64,000 nt of DNA from an uncultured Gemmatimonadaceae bacterium (GCA_963751275.1 CAVVTZ010000009.1:448001-512000), one strand, 5' to 3'. Positions 1 through 10,742 are shown, numbered from the stretch's first letter. Translations and numbers: made by a program. The notes: generated by a model not told the origin, from the letters alone.

Positions 1-12
1 GGGGGCGACGCG

Positions 13-585
13 GTGATGCTCTTCGCCGGCATCAACGGCGCGGCGTCGCTGCGTGCATTGGCCGATGAGTTGTTGCGCCGCGCCTGCGCGCTGCCGGAGT
101 TCACGCGCTCGCTCCGCGGGCTCGGCTCGCATCTCACGCGCCCGGGCCCGGACCACGACCGGTTCTTCCGCCCGCTGCTCGAAGCGCGGCGCGGCGCGGA
201 GCGCGCGGGCCGGTTCGAAGGGGCGCGCGCGGCGTTCGACGCGGCGGCGATCCGCGCGGCGTTCTCGCGGCGGCTGCGTGAGATGGCGCACGAGCGCTGG
301 CCGAACGATCCGCCCGAGCGCCGCGCGCTCGAAGCGGAAGCGGTGGACACGGCAGCGCCGCTGTTCGACGCGATCGCGGCGCTCGAGGCGGCGCAGCGCG
401 CCTTCGATGCCGGCGCGGACTTCGAGCGGTTCGCGCGCTGGCGCGCGTGGACGTCCGCGCTGCAGAAGGTGTTCGAGCGCGCGGACGAGACGTGGCTCGA
501 GCTGCAACCGGCCTTCGCGGCGGTGCCCGTGAAGACGGGCGTGTGGCGGCGGATCTTCCGCCGGCGGCGCGAGGCCGACGCGTGA
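13..585 (+). CDS. hypothetical helical protein, probably 5'-truncated by the window edge
   Basis: GC3-rich ORF; its TGA overlaps the acpS GTG (GTGA 582-585). Confidence 0.55.
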   Translation: MMLFAGINGAASLRALADELLRRACALPEFTRSLRGLGSHLTRPGPDHDRFFRPLLEARRGAERAGRFEGARAAFDAAAIRAAFSRRLREMAHERWPNDPPERRALEAEAVDTAAPLFDAIAALEAAQRAFDAGADFERFARWRAWTSALQKVFERADETWLELQPAFAAVPVKTGVWRRIFRRRREADA

Positions 586-965
586 TCGCCGGCGTGGGGC
601 TCGATCTCGTGGACATCGCGCGCGTGCAGCGCCTGATCGCCGCCAAGGGCGACCGCGCGCTGCGCCGGTTGTTCACCAAGGGGGAGAGTGACTACGCGGC
701 GACGCGGCCGCGCCCCTTCCTGCATCTCGCGGCGCGTGTCGCGGCCAAGGAAGCGGCGTTCAAGGCGCTCTCCGGCGCCGATGGCGCGCGCGGCATCGGC
801 TGGCGCGAGATGGAGGTCGTTACCGGCGCCGACGGCCGGCCGGCGCTCGCGCTGCACGGGCGCGCCGAGGCGTGCGCGAAGGCGCTCGGCGTCACGCGGC
901 TGCATCTCACGCTCTCCCACAGCGAGACCACGGCGGGCGCGGTGGTCATCCTCGAGCGGGAATAG
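582..965 (+). CDS. acpS: holo-ACP synthase (4'-phosphopantetheinyl transferase)
   Basis: GVGLDLV, AARVAAKEAAFKAL and HLTLSHS motifs. Confidence 0.95.
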   Translation: MIAGVGLDLVDIARVQRLIAAKGDRALRRLFTKGESDYAATRPRPFLHLAARVAAKEAAFKALSGADGARGIGWREMEVVTGADGRPALALHGRAEACAKALGVTRLHLTLSHSETTAGAVVILERE

Positions 966-967
966 CG

Positions 968-1549
968 ATGGACCTGAATGCGCTGTTCGCGCTGCCGTGG
1001 GGACCGGTGCTCATCTTCGGGCTCCGCATCTGCGACGTGTCGCTCGACACGCTGCGCGTGCTGTTCGCGGTGCGCGGCGCGCGGTGGGTCGCGTCCGGGC
1101 TCGGCTTCTTCCAGGCCCTCATCTGGATCTTCGCCGTCGGCAACGCGATGAAGCATCTCGACAGCGTGTGGCACGTGCTCGGCTACGCCGGCGGTTTCGC
1201 GGCCGGCACGCTCGTGGGCGTGATGATCGAAGGCTATCTCGCGTACGGCCTGGCCACCGTGCACATCATCTCGCGCCACGGCGGCGTGGAGATCGCGGAG
1301 GCGATGCGCGAGCGCGGATTCGGCGTGACCGAGGTGCCGGGGTTCGGGCGCGACGGCGGCGTGGAGCTCGTGCAGAGCGTGGTGCAGCGCCAGTACCTCG
1401 AGGAGATCTCGCGGATCGTGGAGCGGTGGGACCCCGACGCGTTCGTGACCGTGGAGGAGCCGCGGATCCTGCGCGGCGGAAGCATCGTGGGCCGGCGCAA
1501 GATGAACTTCCCGTGGCGGCAGGATCGCGGGGGGCGTGAGGGTTCGTGA
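968..1549 (+). CDS. DUF2179/DUF5698 (UPF0316-like) membrane protein
   Basis: IFGLRICDVSLDTLR, YAGGFAAGT and GFGVT motifs; C-terminal DPDAFV. Confidence 0.8.
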   Translation: MDLNALFALPWGPVLIFGLRICDVSLDTLRVLFAVRGARWVASGLGFFQALIWIFAVGNAMKHLDSVWHVLGYAGGFAAGTLVGVMIEGYLAYGLATVHIISRHGGVEIAEAMRERGFGVTEVPGFGRDGGVELVQSVVQRQYLEEISRIVERWDPDAFVTVEEPRILRGGSIVGRRKMNFPWRQDRGGREGS

Positions 1550-1653
1550 TGGTGCAACAAAGGCTCGCGCTGATACGTAACCATCACTAGAATTCGCGCT
1601 GCCCGCGGTCCGCGGGCGATCAGCGCTCCAGGCCTGAAACCAGGGAGACCCGC

Positions 1654-3944
1654 ATGACGTTCCGATCCGTCCGATCCATTGGCGTGGCTGTCCTCGCGAT
1701 CCTCGCTCTATCCGCGGTCCCGCGCGCGGCGCACGCCGCCGTCGCCGGCGACTCGCTGCGAGGCGTCGTGCACGACACCGCCGGCAAACCGCTCGACGCG
1801 GCGACGATCACGATCGTCGAGCTGTCGCGCTCCGTCACGAACAACGCCGATGGCGCGTTCGTCTTCCCCGATATCGCGCCGGGCCGGTACACGCTCAGCG
1901 TGCGGCGCCTCGGCTATGCCACGACGAGCGCCACCGCCAGCGTTCCGATGGCGGCGCCGCTGGTGATCGAGCTGCACGTCTCGGCGCTGCGGCTCGCGCC
2001 GGTGACGGTGACCGCCGCGCGGAAGCCGACCGATCCGATGGATTCCCCGATGCCGGTGGGCGATGTGCCCGCCGACGCGCTGCGCCGCGATGCCTCGGTG
2101 TCGCTCGCGCACGCGCTCGACGGCACGGTGGGCGTACGCGACATCACGACGGGCCAGCAGGTGGGCACGCCGGTGATCCGCGGGCTCTCGGGGCCGAGCG
2201 TGCTCGTGCTCGACAACGGGCTGCGCCTCGAGGATTATTCCTGGAGCACCGAGGACGGCCCGTCGGTGGACCCGCGCACGGCGGACAACGTGGAAGTCAT
2301 CGCGGCCCCGCGAGTCTCATGTACGGCTCCAACGCGCTGGGCGGCGTGATGAACGTGATCAATCCGCCGGTGCCGAACGCGATCGGGATCTCGCCCTTCG
2401 TCAACGCGGGCGCCGAGATCTACGGCGCGACGAACAACAATGAGTACGGCGGCATTTTGCGGCTCGAGGGCGCGAGCGGCGCGTTCGGCTGGGCGGCCAC
2501 CGGCATCGGGCGGAAGGCGGGGAATTTCCAGACGCCCACCGGGAATCCGCAGACGCCCACCGGCGACATCTACGACACCGGCTACGACGCGCTCAACGGC
2601 AACATCGCGGTCGGGCTCACCGGCGAGAAGTCATCGGGCACGCTGCGCTTCGAACATTACGGCGGGAACTTCGGTTTGCTCGATGGGCCGCCGGTGGAGG
2701 ACGACAATACGAGCGGACCGCTGCGCAAGCTGCAGGACAATCGCGTCCAGGCGGCGGGCAACTTCATCACGGGCGATCAATCCCGCATCGACGCGAAGAT
2801 CCAGTGGCAGGGGCATTCGCTGATCGAGGTCGTGGGCGACAGCCGCGTCGGGAACGACCAGCCGCCGATCGATCTGTACTTGAACACGTTCACGGCGGAC
2901 GTCGCGCTGCATCAGGAGCAGAGCCGGTGGCTCACGGGCACCGTCGGCGTCTCCGGGATGTACCAGACGAACAGCACGACGGGCGTGGATCCCCTCGTGC
3001 CCGACGCGACGACGTCCAACGCCGCGCTCTTCGGCTTCGAGAACTACACAAAGGGACAGTGGAGCTTCCTCGCCGGCCTTCGCGGCGACCTCGGCGAGAT
3101 CCATAACCAGGCGAACGCGGACTTGGCGCTCGACGCAGGGTCGCACTCCCAGAACGCGGTGACGGGCGATGTGGGCGTGGTCTACCGGCCGGTGCCGCAG
3201 CTGGCGTTCTCGTTCAACCTCGGCCGCGCGTACCAGGCGCCGACGTTGCTGCAGTACTACGCGAACGGTCCGCTGCCGGCGGAAGGGCAGTATCTCATCG
3301 GCTTGCCGAGCGCCGTGCCGCAGGTGACGCTGGACATCGACGCCGGCATCCGCTGGGAGAGCCCGAAGTTCAAGGCCGAGCTCTCGCTGTACCGCAATTC
3401 GATCGATCACTATCTGTTCGTGCAGGCGACGGGCGACAGCATCGCGGTGCCGAACGACGCGGGATGCTGCGACACGCTGCCGGTCTATCAGACGATGCAG
3501 ACCTCGCATGCGACGCTCACCGGTCTCGATCTGTCGGCGGAGTGGGCGGCGATGCCGATCCTCACCGTGCGCGGCCGCTTCGATCTCGTGAACGGCGAGA
3601 ATGACGCGATCCATTCGCCCCTCCCCTTGATGCCGCCGCAGCGCGGCGATCTCGAGGTGGAATTGCACACGCCGGACACGCGCATGATGTATGTCTCGCT
3701 CGGCACGCACATCGTGGCGGCACAGACGCGGCTGGCGGCGTACGATGTGCCGGAGCCCGCCTATACGATCTTCGAAGCCGCGGCCGGGATCTCGAGGATG
3801 CTCGGCGGGAGGATGTATTCGCTTGATATCCGGTGCACGAATCTCACGGATGTCACGTATACGGATTTCTTGAGTCGGTATAAGACGTTCGCGTATGCGC
3901 CGAGTCGGAATGTGATTTTCCGGCTTTCCATGCCGATCAACTGA
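1654..3944 (+). CDS. TonB-dependent receptor with carboxypeptidase-regulatory-like N-domain; one frameshift near 2301
   Basis: Signal peptide and plug motif PVIRGL; EVI(R)GPASLMYGSNALGGV is restored by adding one base; beta-barrel C-terminus. Confidence 0.9.
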
Positions 3945-3981
3945 TCGACGAACTTCTGACCGGCCACCTGCGCATTGAGGG

Positions 3982-4171
3982 TTGCAGTAAACAGCCAACA
4001 GTCACGAGTACCTGCCAGTCGACAGTCGACAGTCGACAGTCAACAGCTCACAGAGAACGGATCACGATTGGGCGCTACGCGTCTCGCCGAATCGTGATCC
4101 GTTTTCTGTGAGCTGTTGACTGTTGACTGTCAGACTGGCGGTCACTAGCGACTGTTGCCTGTTTACTGCAA
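3982..4171. repeat. ~190-bp imperfect inverted repeat with (G/A)ACAGTC heptamer arrays in the arms
   Basis: Ends ttgcagtaaacag / ctgtttactgcaa; inner stem of ~35 bp; lies between convergent genes. Confidence 0.9.
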
Positions 4172-4189
4172 TTCTCCCGGCCTGGTGGC

Positions 4190-5470
4190 CTATGCCGTTC
4201 GCTTCAAGAGTCTGTCGAGATAGTGCACATACTCATCGAACTGGACATAAGTAGAATGCCGCGCGGTATTCATATACCTGATCCCGCCCTTGAGATCCGG
4301 CATTTCCTCCCGCCTCATCGCATCCAACTTCGCCGCCCGCTCCGGCGCCGCGCTCTTGAACGCAAGATATCGCGCCACCAACTCCGCCTGCCTCGAGACC
4401 ACGGGATACGCCGCCCCATCCGTCTCGAACAATCCGATCACGAATAATCCGTCATACTTCCGCGCGAACACATTCAACCATAACCCGCTCGCGCCCTCCC
4501 CAAGCTTCACTCCGCCCGCATCCAGGAACGGCATCGCCGACGTATAGCCCGTCGCGTAGACGATCATATCGATCTCTTCTTCGCTGCCGTCCGTGAACCG
4601 CACGCGGCGTCCCTTCAATTCCGCGATGTCCGGCTTCACCGTCACGTCGCCGTGCTGCAGCGCGTGCACGAGCTGGCTGTTCACGATGGGATGCGTCTCG
4701 AGCACCTTGTGATCCGGCTTCGGGATGCCGAAGCGCGTCACGTCGCCCACGAGCAGGCGCAGCAGCAGCGTGAGCGCGGGCTGCGCGATGCGCGGCGGGA
4801 TGTGCGGGCCGCTGCGGAAGAACGCGTCGGTGGGCTGGCCGAAGATGTGCTTGGGCAGGAAATAGTATCCGCGCCGCATCGACAGGAACGCCGCGCGGCC
4901 GCGCGCCGCGGCATCGCACACGATGTCACAACCCGAATTCCCGGCGCCCACCACGAGCACGCGCTTGCCGTCGAACTGCGACGCCGTGTCATAGTCCTTG
5001 GCGTGGAGCACCGCGCCGTCGAATCGTCCCGCGTACGCCGGCATCACCGGATCCCAGTTGTGCCCGGGCGCGGCGACCAGCGCGGCGTAGTCGCGCGTCT
5101 CGCCGCCGCGCAGCGTCACCCGCCAGCCGCCGTCGCGCGGCTCGGCGCGCTCCACGGTCACGCCGAAGCGGATGCTCCCGCGCAGCTGGTGATGGTCCGC
5201 GTACGCGCGAATGTATTCGAGGATCTTCGCGCGTGCTGGATAGTCCGCGTACCGCTCCGGCATCGGGAATCCCTCGAACGCCGACTGCGTGCGCGAACTG
5301 ATGAAATGCGCGCTCTCGTACATCGGCGTGCCGGCGTTCGCCATGTCCCAGATGCCGCCCACATCGCCGTGGCGCTCGAGTACCTCGAAGTCGATCCCGT
5401 GCGCCTTGAGCGCCGCCGCGGCCGCCAGTCCCGATGGACCGGCGCCGATCACGCCGACCTTCGCGCTCAT
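4190..5470 (-). CDS. flavin-containing monooxygenase (FMO/class B)
   Basis: GVIGAGPSG (FAD), FDGAVLHAKDY (FMO fingerprint), VVGAGNSG (NADP), YATGY. Confidence 0.92.
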   Translation of the reverse strand: MSAKVGVIGAGPSGLAAAAALKAHGIDFEVLERHGDVGGIWDMANAGTPMYESAHFISSRTQSAFEGFPMPERYADYPARAKILEYIRAYADHHQLRGSIRFGVTVERAEPRDGGWRVTLRGGETRDYAALVAAPGHNWDPVMPAYAGRFDGAVLHAKDYDTASQFDGKRVLVVGAGNSGCDIVCDAAARGRAAFLSMRRGYYFLPKHIFGQPTDAFFRSGPHIPPRIAQPALTLLLRLLVGDVTRFGIPKPDHKVLETHPIVNSQLVHALQHGDVTVKPDIAELKGRRVRFTDGSEEEIDMIVYATGYTSAMPFLDAGGVKLGEGASGLWLNVFARKYDGLFVIGLFETDGAAYPVVSRQAELVARYLAFKSAAPERAAKLDAMRREEMPDLKGGIRYMNTARHSTYVQFDEYVHYLDRLLKRTA

Positions 5471-6813
5471 TGCAGGCCGATGGCGATCGCGATGTAGATC
5501 GACACGAGCGCGCCGGCGATCAGGATCGCCACCACCGGCAGCGCGAACCGCATCCACTTGTCGAACGGCACGCCCGCCGCCGCGATCACCGCCATCAACG
5601 CGCCATTCGTCGGCGTGAGCAGTTCGCACAGCCCCGCGCCCGTCTGGTACGCGAGCACGGTCACCTGCCGCGACATCCCAAGCAGGTCCGAGAGCGGCAC
5701 GAGCACGGGCATCGTCAGCGCGGCCTGCCCGCTCACGCTCGGCACCGCCACGTGGATCAGCCCCTGCACGGCCACCATCCCCGTCGCGCTCGCGGCGATC
5801 GGCAGATGCGCCAGCGGCGTGAACAGTCCGTGCACGATGGTGTCCATCACCAGGCCCTGCTGCAGCACTACACTGATGACACGCGCGAAGCCGATCAGCA
5901 GGCTCGCGTACGCCATCGAGCGGAACCCTTCGGCGAACCCTTCCGCGGTACCGCCCAGGCCGAGTCCGCCCACGATCCCGCCAACGATGCCGAGCGCCAG
6001 GAAGAGCGCGCCCATCTCCTCGAAACCCCAATCGCCGACCGTGACGCCCCACACGAAGAACCCGAGTGCCGCGACGGTGATGATCATCACGGCGCGCGTG
6101 CGAGCGCTCGCCGTGCCGGCCGGCGGCTCGTCCGCCATCTCGACGGGTGCGCCGCGGGTGCGCTGCGCGTGCCGCATCGTGGCCGCGGTCCAGAGGCCGA
6201 GCGCGAGCACGACCATCACGAGCCGGAACCCGAACGCCGATCCCACCGGCAGGCCGGCCAGCTTCTGCGCGATCACCGCCTGGAACGGATTCGCCGGGCT
6301 GAACGCCGAACCCACCATCGCCGCGCCCACGCTCATGGCCGCCGCGGTGAGCGCGTCGAAGCCCGCGCGGCGCGTGACGAAGAGCAAGACTGGAATGAGC
6401 GCGATGATCTCCTCCTGCATGTTCTCCACCGCGCCCAGGAACCCGAACACCACGCAGAACACCGGGATCGTGAGCATCTCGCGCCCGCCGAGCGCATCCG
6501 AGAGGCCATCGACCGCGCCACGCAACGCGCCGGTGCGGTCGAGCACGAGCAGCGCGCCGCCGGCGAGGAAGACGAAGAAGATCACGTCGGCGCCCGCCGC
6601 GAGTCCCTTCGGCACCGCCACGAGCGAGCCGGCCAGACTCACCGGCGCGGCCGGCACCGCGTGATACGTGCCGTTCACCACGACGGTCTTGCCCGACACC
6701 GGATCATCGCGCCGCTCGTACGCGCCGGCTGGGAGGATCCACGTGAGCGCGGCGGCGAGGAAGATGCCGCCAGTGAGGAGCACGAGCGGATGGGGCATGA
6801 CGAATTTCTTCAT
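5467..6813 (-). CDS. YfcC-family (C4-dicarboxylate anaerobic carrier-like) transporter
   Basis: MPHP..LTWILPAGAY N-terminus; VPSVSGQA and PTNGALMA motifs; many TM helices. Confidence 0.88.
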   Translation of the reverse strand: MKKFVMPHPLVLLTGGIFLAAALTWILPAGAYERRDDPVSGKTVVVNGTYHAVPAAPVSLAGSLVAVPKGLAAGADVIFFVFLAGGALLVLDRTGALRGAVDGLSDALGGREMLTIPVFCVVFGFLGAVENMQEEIIALIPVLLFVTRRAGFDALTAAAMSVGAAMVGSAFSPANPFQAVIAQKLAGLPVGSAFGFRLVMVVLALGLWTAATMRHAQRTRGAPVEMADEPPAGTASARTRAVMIITVAALGFFVWGVTVGDWGFEEMGALFLALGIVGGIVGGLGLGGTAEGFAEGFRSMAYASLLIGFARVISVVLQQGLVMDTIVHGLFTPLAHLPIAASATGMVAVQGLIHVAVPSVSGQAALTMPVLVPLSDLLGMSRQVTVLAYQTGAGLCELLTPTNGALMAVIAAAGVPFDKWMRFALPVVAILIAGALVSIYIAIAIGLQ

Positions 6814-6846
6814 GGCGCAGAATCTCGCCGCCGCGCCGTGCCGACG

Positions 6847-7545
6847 CTATCCCCCGCTGCGGCCGAGTCCGAACCGCGTGACCACACGCTCCGCGCTCAG
6901 CGGCCCGCCGTGGCCGACGTAGAACTTGCGCGTGCCTGCCGCGAGCACGGCGCGCAGCGAGCGTTTGGCCTGGGCGGCGTCGTCCTGGAAGTACGCGACG
7001 TTCGGCACAGCGCGCCGCACGAGTCCGCCCACGAATCCGCCCATGAGCAGGTCGCCGACGATCGCTTCGCCATTCGGCAGGATCAGCGAGATGGATCCGG
7101 CCGTGTGGCCCGGCGTTTCCATGATGTGCGCGTCGAGGCCGAGGTCGCTGAGGGAGCGCGGGCCGTCGAGCACGAGATCGGGATGCGTGGGCTCGCCGCG
7201 CGCGCCTTGCACGATGGGCGCCGCGAGGCGCGCGATGAATCCGGTGGGACGCAGCGGCGCGTTCTGTCCCAGCCGCAGCATCTCGGCGTCGGCGGTATGG
7301 ATGGCGATCGGCGCGCCGGTGCGGCGGCGGATCTCCGCGGCCGCGCCGGTGACGGGCAGATGCCCGTGCGTGAGGAGGATGAGCGCGAGCGTGTGCGGTT
7401 CGACGCCCTTGCCATGGATCGCCGCGAGGATGCGATCGGCGTCGCCGGGAGGGCCCGTGTCCACGAGGATCGGCCGGTCGCCGCGCACGAGGTACGCGTT
7501 GGAGAACGTGAGCCGGAGCGTGTGGACGCTGGCGAGGTCGGTCAT
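6847..7545 (-). CDS. MBL-fold metallo-hydrolase
   Basis: LVDTG, THGH, TPGHTAGS, GD and GHG motifs. Confidence 0.85.
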   Translation of the reverse strand: MTDLASVHTLRLTFSNAYLVRGDRPILVDTGPPGDADRILAAIHGKGVEPHTLALILLTHGHLPVTGAAAEIRRRTGAPIAIHTADAEMLRLGQNAPLRPTGFIARLAAPIVQGARGEPTHPDLVLDGPRSLSDLGLDAHIMETPGHTAGSISLILPNGEAIVGDLLMGGFVGGLVRRAVPNVAYFQDDAAQAKRSLRAVLAAGTRKFYVGHGGPLSAERVVTRFGLGRSGG

Positions 7546-7587
7546 TCACTGGATACGTTGGATGCATCCGGGCTGGACGGCAACTGC

Positions 7588-7613
7588 AGACTGAGACGTT
7601 AGACTGAGACGTT
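7588..7613. repeat. tandem 13-mer AGACTGAGACGTT x2
   Basis: Direct reading; flanked by GCAACTGC on both sides. Confidence 0.7.
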
Positions 7614-7639
7614 AGAATGCAACTGCACAGGAGCGAGCC

Positions 7640-8026
7640 ATGGCGAATTCGATCAAGCAGACCGTCACGCTCAAGGCGCGGCCGGCGGTGGTGTATCGGA
7701 TGCTCACGGATGCGCGCGCGCACACGAAGTTCACGGGGGCGCCGTCGATCATCGATAAGCGGCCGGGCGGGGCGTTCAACGTCTGGGGCGGCTATGTGAA
7801 GGGTTTCAACGTGGAGCTCGTGCCGGGCAAGCGGATCGTGCAAGCGTGGCGAGGGAGTGACTGGCCCAAGGGGGCGTGGTCGATCATCACGTACGAGCTG
7901 CGTCCCAAGAAGGGCGGGAAGACCGAGATCACGTTCACCCAGCACGGCGCGCCGCCCTCGCAGGTGGCGCATCTGAAGGACGGGTGGAAATCGAACTACT
8001 GGGATCTCATGAAGGCCGCGATCTAG
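7640..8026 (+). CDS. SRPBCC/AHSA1-like domain protein
   Basis: ELVPGKRIVQAWR and GWKSNYW motifs; AGGAG RBS. Confidence 0.88.
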   Translation: MANSIKQTVTLKARPAVVYRMLTDARAHTKFTGAPSIIDKRPGGAFNVWGGYVKGFNVELVPGKRIVQAWRGSDWPKGAWSIITYELRPKKGGKTEITFTQHGAPPSQVAHLKDGWKSNYWDLMKAAI

Positions 8027-8642
8027 GGGAAGTGATGCCGCTCGATCCACTCGGCGGCTGAGATCGCGAGCCGCATTGCGTGTTCCACACGGCCATCCTT
8101 CTCCACCGTCACGGTCTCGACGCTCCGCATGCCGAGTTTGTCGAGCACGCGTCCTGACGCCGGATTCCGGACGAAGTGGCGCGCCGTGACGCGATCGAGG
8201 GCGAGTCCTTCGCCGAACCCATGATTGAGAACGGCCGCCGCCGCTTCGGTCGCGTAGCCGCGGTTCCAGTACGGCACTCCGATCCAGTAGCCGACTTCCG
8301 CCTCCCGCCCATCCGCGGCGATCTCCAGCCCGACCGCTCCGACGAGCGCGCCACTCTGTCGCTCGATGATGGCGAACACGTTCGCCACGTGTGCCGCCAA
8401 GAGCGTGGAGTGCGTGCCGATCCACGCAGCGCCGGCGCCCGCGGGGTAGGGGTGCGGGATCCCAAGAGCGTGGAGTGCGTGCCGATCCACGCAGCGCCGG
8501 CGCCCGCGGGGTAGGGGTGCGGGATGCGCAGTGTCGTGTCCGAGACCAGCCGGTCCCCCGCGAGGCGCTCCACATCCGGTGCATCGCTCATTTCGAATGG
8601 GCGAAGGATGAGCCGCTCGGTGGTCAGCGTTGCCTGGATCAT
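8023..8642 (-). pseudogene. RimJ/RimL-like GNAT acetyltransferase disrupted by a 65-bp tandem duplication
   Basis: [24 protein letters not shown] and [13 protein letters not shown] motifs split over two frames. Confidence 0.75.
8397..8525. repeat. exact 64-bp direct repeat x2 (period 65)
   Basis: 8397-8460 is identical to 8462-8525. Confidence 0.95.
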
Positions 8643-8695
8643 GCCATAATCATATCAGACGAGGGGACCGCGCGCGGGGCGTTAACTTTCCTCGC

Positions 8696-9238
8696 ATGAC
8701 ACGAACGTTCCTGCTCGCCGGCGCCCTGCTCCTCGCGCCGATCCTCGCCGCCGCCCAGGTCATGACCGCTGATACTGCACACTTCCCGATCGTGGAGGGG
8801 AAGAACCTCCAGGAGCGCGTGCTGCACTTGCCCGCCGACTTCGACGGCGAACGCAATCTCGTCCTGATCGCATTCCAGCGCGCGCAGCAAGCCGACGTGG
8901 ACACGTGGATGCCGTTCGCGCGATCGCTCGCGTCGCGCGACAGCTCGCTGCGCTACTACGAACTGCCGACGCTCGGCCGCCGCTACTCGGTCATCCGCGG
9001 CTGGATCGATGGCGGCATGCGCGGCGGCATTCCCGACACCGCCGCCCGCGCGCGCACGATCACGCTCTACATCGACAAGTTCCCCTTCCGGCAGGCGCTC
9101 GGACTCGGCAAGGAGGACTCGATCTACGCCGTGCTGGTGGACCGGGCCGGCAAGATATACTGGCGCGCGAGCGGCGCGTACTCCGAGAAGCTGGGTGCGG
9201 AGCTCGAGAGCATTCTCGGTTTGAGCGGGCCGCGGTAG
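8696..9238 (+). CDS. exported ATP10/thioredoxin-like fold protein
   Basis: Signal peptide; LPADF.GERNLVLIAF, QADVDTW and LVDRAGKIYW. Confidence 0.6.
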   Translation: MTRTFLLAGALLLAPILAAAQVMTADTAHFPIVEGKNLQERVLHLPADFDGERNLVLIAFQRAQQADVDTWMPFARSLASRDSSLRYYELPTLGRRYSVIRGWIDGGMRGGIPDTAARARTITLYIDKFPFRQALGLGKEDSIYAVLVDRAGKIYWRASGAYSEKLGAELESILGLSGPR

Positions 9239-9318
9239 TCGCTCGGCGGGTGCACCGCTCTCGCAGCACGCCGGGGTCCGCCCTTCCCGCCGCTCACATC
9301 GCCCTGTAGTTCTCCCCG

Positions 9319-10713
9319 ATGCAAGCCGACATCGCGGAGGTCCAATCCCATTCCTCCGCCCTGCGCAGGGAGGTCGGCCTCGGCGCGCTCGTGCTCACGC
9401 AGATCATGTACGTCGTGGGCACCGGCTGGGTCGGCACCGCCGCGAAACTCGGGCACGGGCACACGATCTACTGGCTGCTCGCGCTCTCGCTGTTCTTCCT
9501 GCCGCAGGCGGCGGTGGTCATCTGGTTGAATCGCCTGATGCCGCTCGAGGGCGGGCTCTATCAATGGGCGAAGCTCGGCTTCAATGATTTCACCGGCTTC
9601 CTCACGGCGTGGAATCTCTGGGTGTACGCGATCGTCATCCTCTCGGCGTTCGGGCTCATCGTTGCGCGGAACCTCGCACCGCTGATCGGCGCACCGCCCT
9701 TCACCGACACGCGCGCCTACGCGGCCGCCGTCACCATCGCGCTGATCGTCGGCGTGGCGTTCGTCACCGTGCTCGGCCTGCGCGTGGGGAAATGGATTCA
9801 GGGGATCGGCGGCGTCGCGCAGCTCGCGGCGTTCTCGGCGCTCATCGCCGCGCCCTTCATCGCGATGCACCGCGGCGTGGCGGTCGATCCGCACCCGGTG
9901 GAGTTCGTGCTCCCCGCGATGTCGCTGCTCACGCTGAACATCTTCGGGAAGATGGCGATGGGCGCGTTCAGCGGACTCGAATACGTCGCGCTGATGGCCG
10001 GCGAGACGAAGGACCCGGCGCGGTCCATCGCGCGCTCGGTGATGATCTCGACGCCGATCATCGGCGCCTTGTTCATCTTCGGCACGGCGAGCGTGGTCGC
10101 GCTCACGCCCAGGAATTCGATCGATCTCATCGCCCCGGTGCCACAGGCGTTGCTGCTCGGCTGGACCGCCAGCGGCGTGGGCGGCGCCGTAGTGATGTCC
10201 GTGACCGCGATGCTAGTGATCCGCCTGTTGGCGAACGTGAGCTTCATCTTCGCGGGGAATTCGCGGCTGCCCATGGTCGCGGGTTGGGACGGGCTCCTTC
10301 CCGCGTGGTTCACCCGCTTGCATCCGCGCTGGCGCACGCCGCGCAACGCGATCCTCTTCGTGGCCGGCGTGGTGCTGGTGTTCGCCGCGCTCGGTCTCGC
10401 CGACGCGGGCCAGCAGGAAGCCTTCCAGCTGCTCGACAGCGCCGGCGGCATCCTGTACGCCGTGAGTTATCTCGTGATGTTCGCGCTCCCGCTGTTCGCG
10501 CCGGCGCGACTCGGCGCGCGGCCGCCGCTCTGGCTCCGGCTCGCCGCGTTCTCGGGATTCTCGGTCACGCTGCTGTACACGGTGCTGAACGTCTTCCCGA
10601 TCATCGACGTCCCGAACCCGCTCGCGTTCACGGTGAAGATCGTGGCCGTGATCCTGCTCGCGAACCTGGTGGGTGTCGGCCTGTTCTTCACCTCGCGGCG
10701 CAGCCGCGAGTAA
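9319..10713 (+). CDS. APC-family amino acid permease
   Basis: About 12 TM helices; EGGLYQW, FSGLE and AGETKDP motifs. Confidence 0.9.
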   Translation: MQADIAEVQSHSSALRREVGLGALVLTQIMYVVGTGWVGTAAKLGHGHTIYWLLALSLFFLPQAAVVIWLNRLMPLEGGLYQWAKLGFNDFTGFLTAWNLWVYAIVILSAFGLIVARNLAPLIGAPPFTDTRAYAAAVTIALIVGVAFVTVLGLRVGKWIQGIGGVAQLAAFSALIAAPFIAMHRGVAVDPHPVEFVLPAMSLLTLNIFGKMAMGAFSGLEYVALMAGETKDPARSIARSVMISTPIIGALFIFGTASVVALTPRNSIDLIAPVPQALLLGWTASGVGGAVVMSVTAMLVIRLLANVSFIFAGNSRLPMVAGWDGLLPAWFTRLHPRWRTPRNAILFVAGVVLVFAALGLADAGQQEAFQLLDSAGGILYAVSYLVMFALPLFAPARLGARPPLWLRLAAFSGFSVTLLYTVLNVFPIIDVPNPLAFTVKIVAVILLANLVGVGLFFTSRRSRE

Positions 10714-10742
10714 GTGGTGAGCGAATCCCGAATCCCGAGCCG

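Noticed and set aside
1550..1653. Cobalamin or TPP riboswitch before the TonB receptor
   Set aside because: The region is short and lacks the conserved boxes; only a simple hairpin is present.
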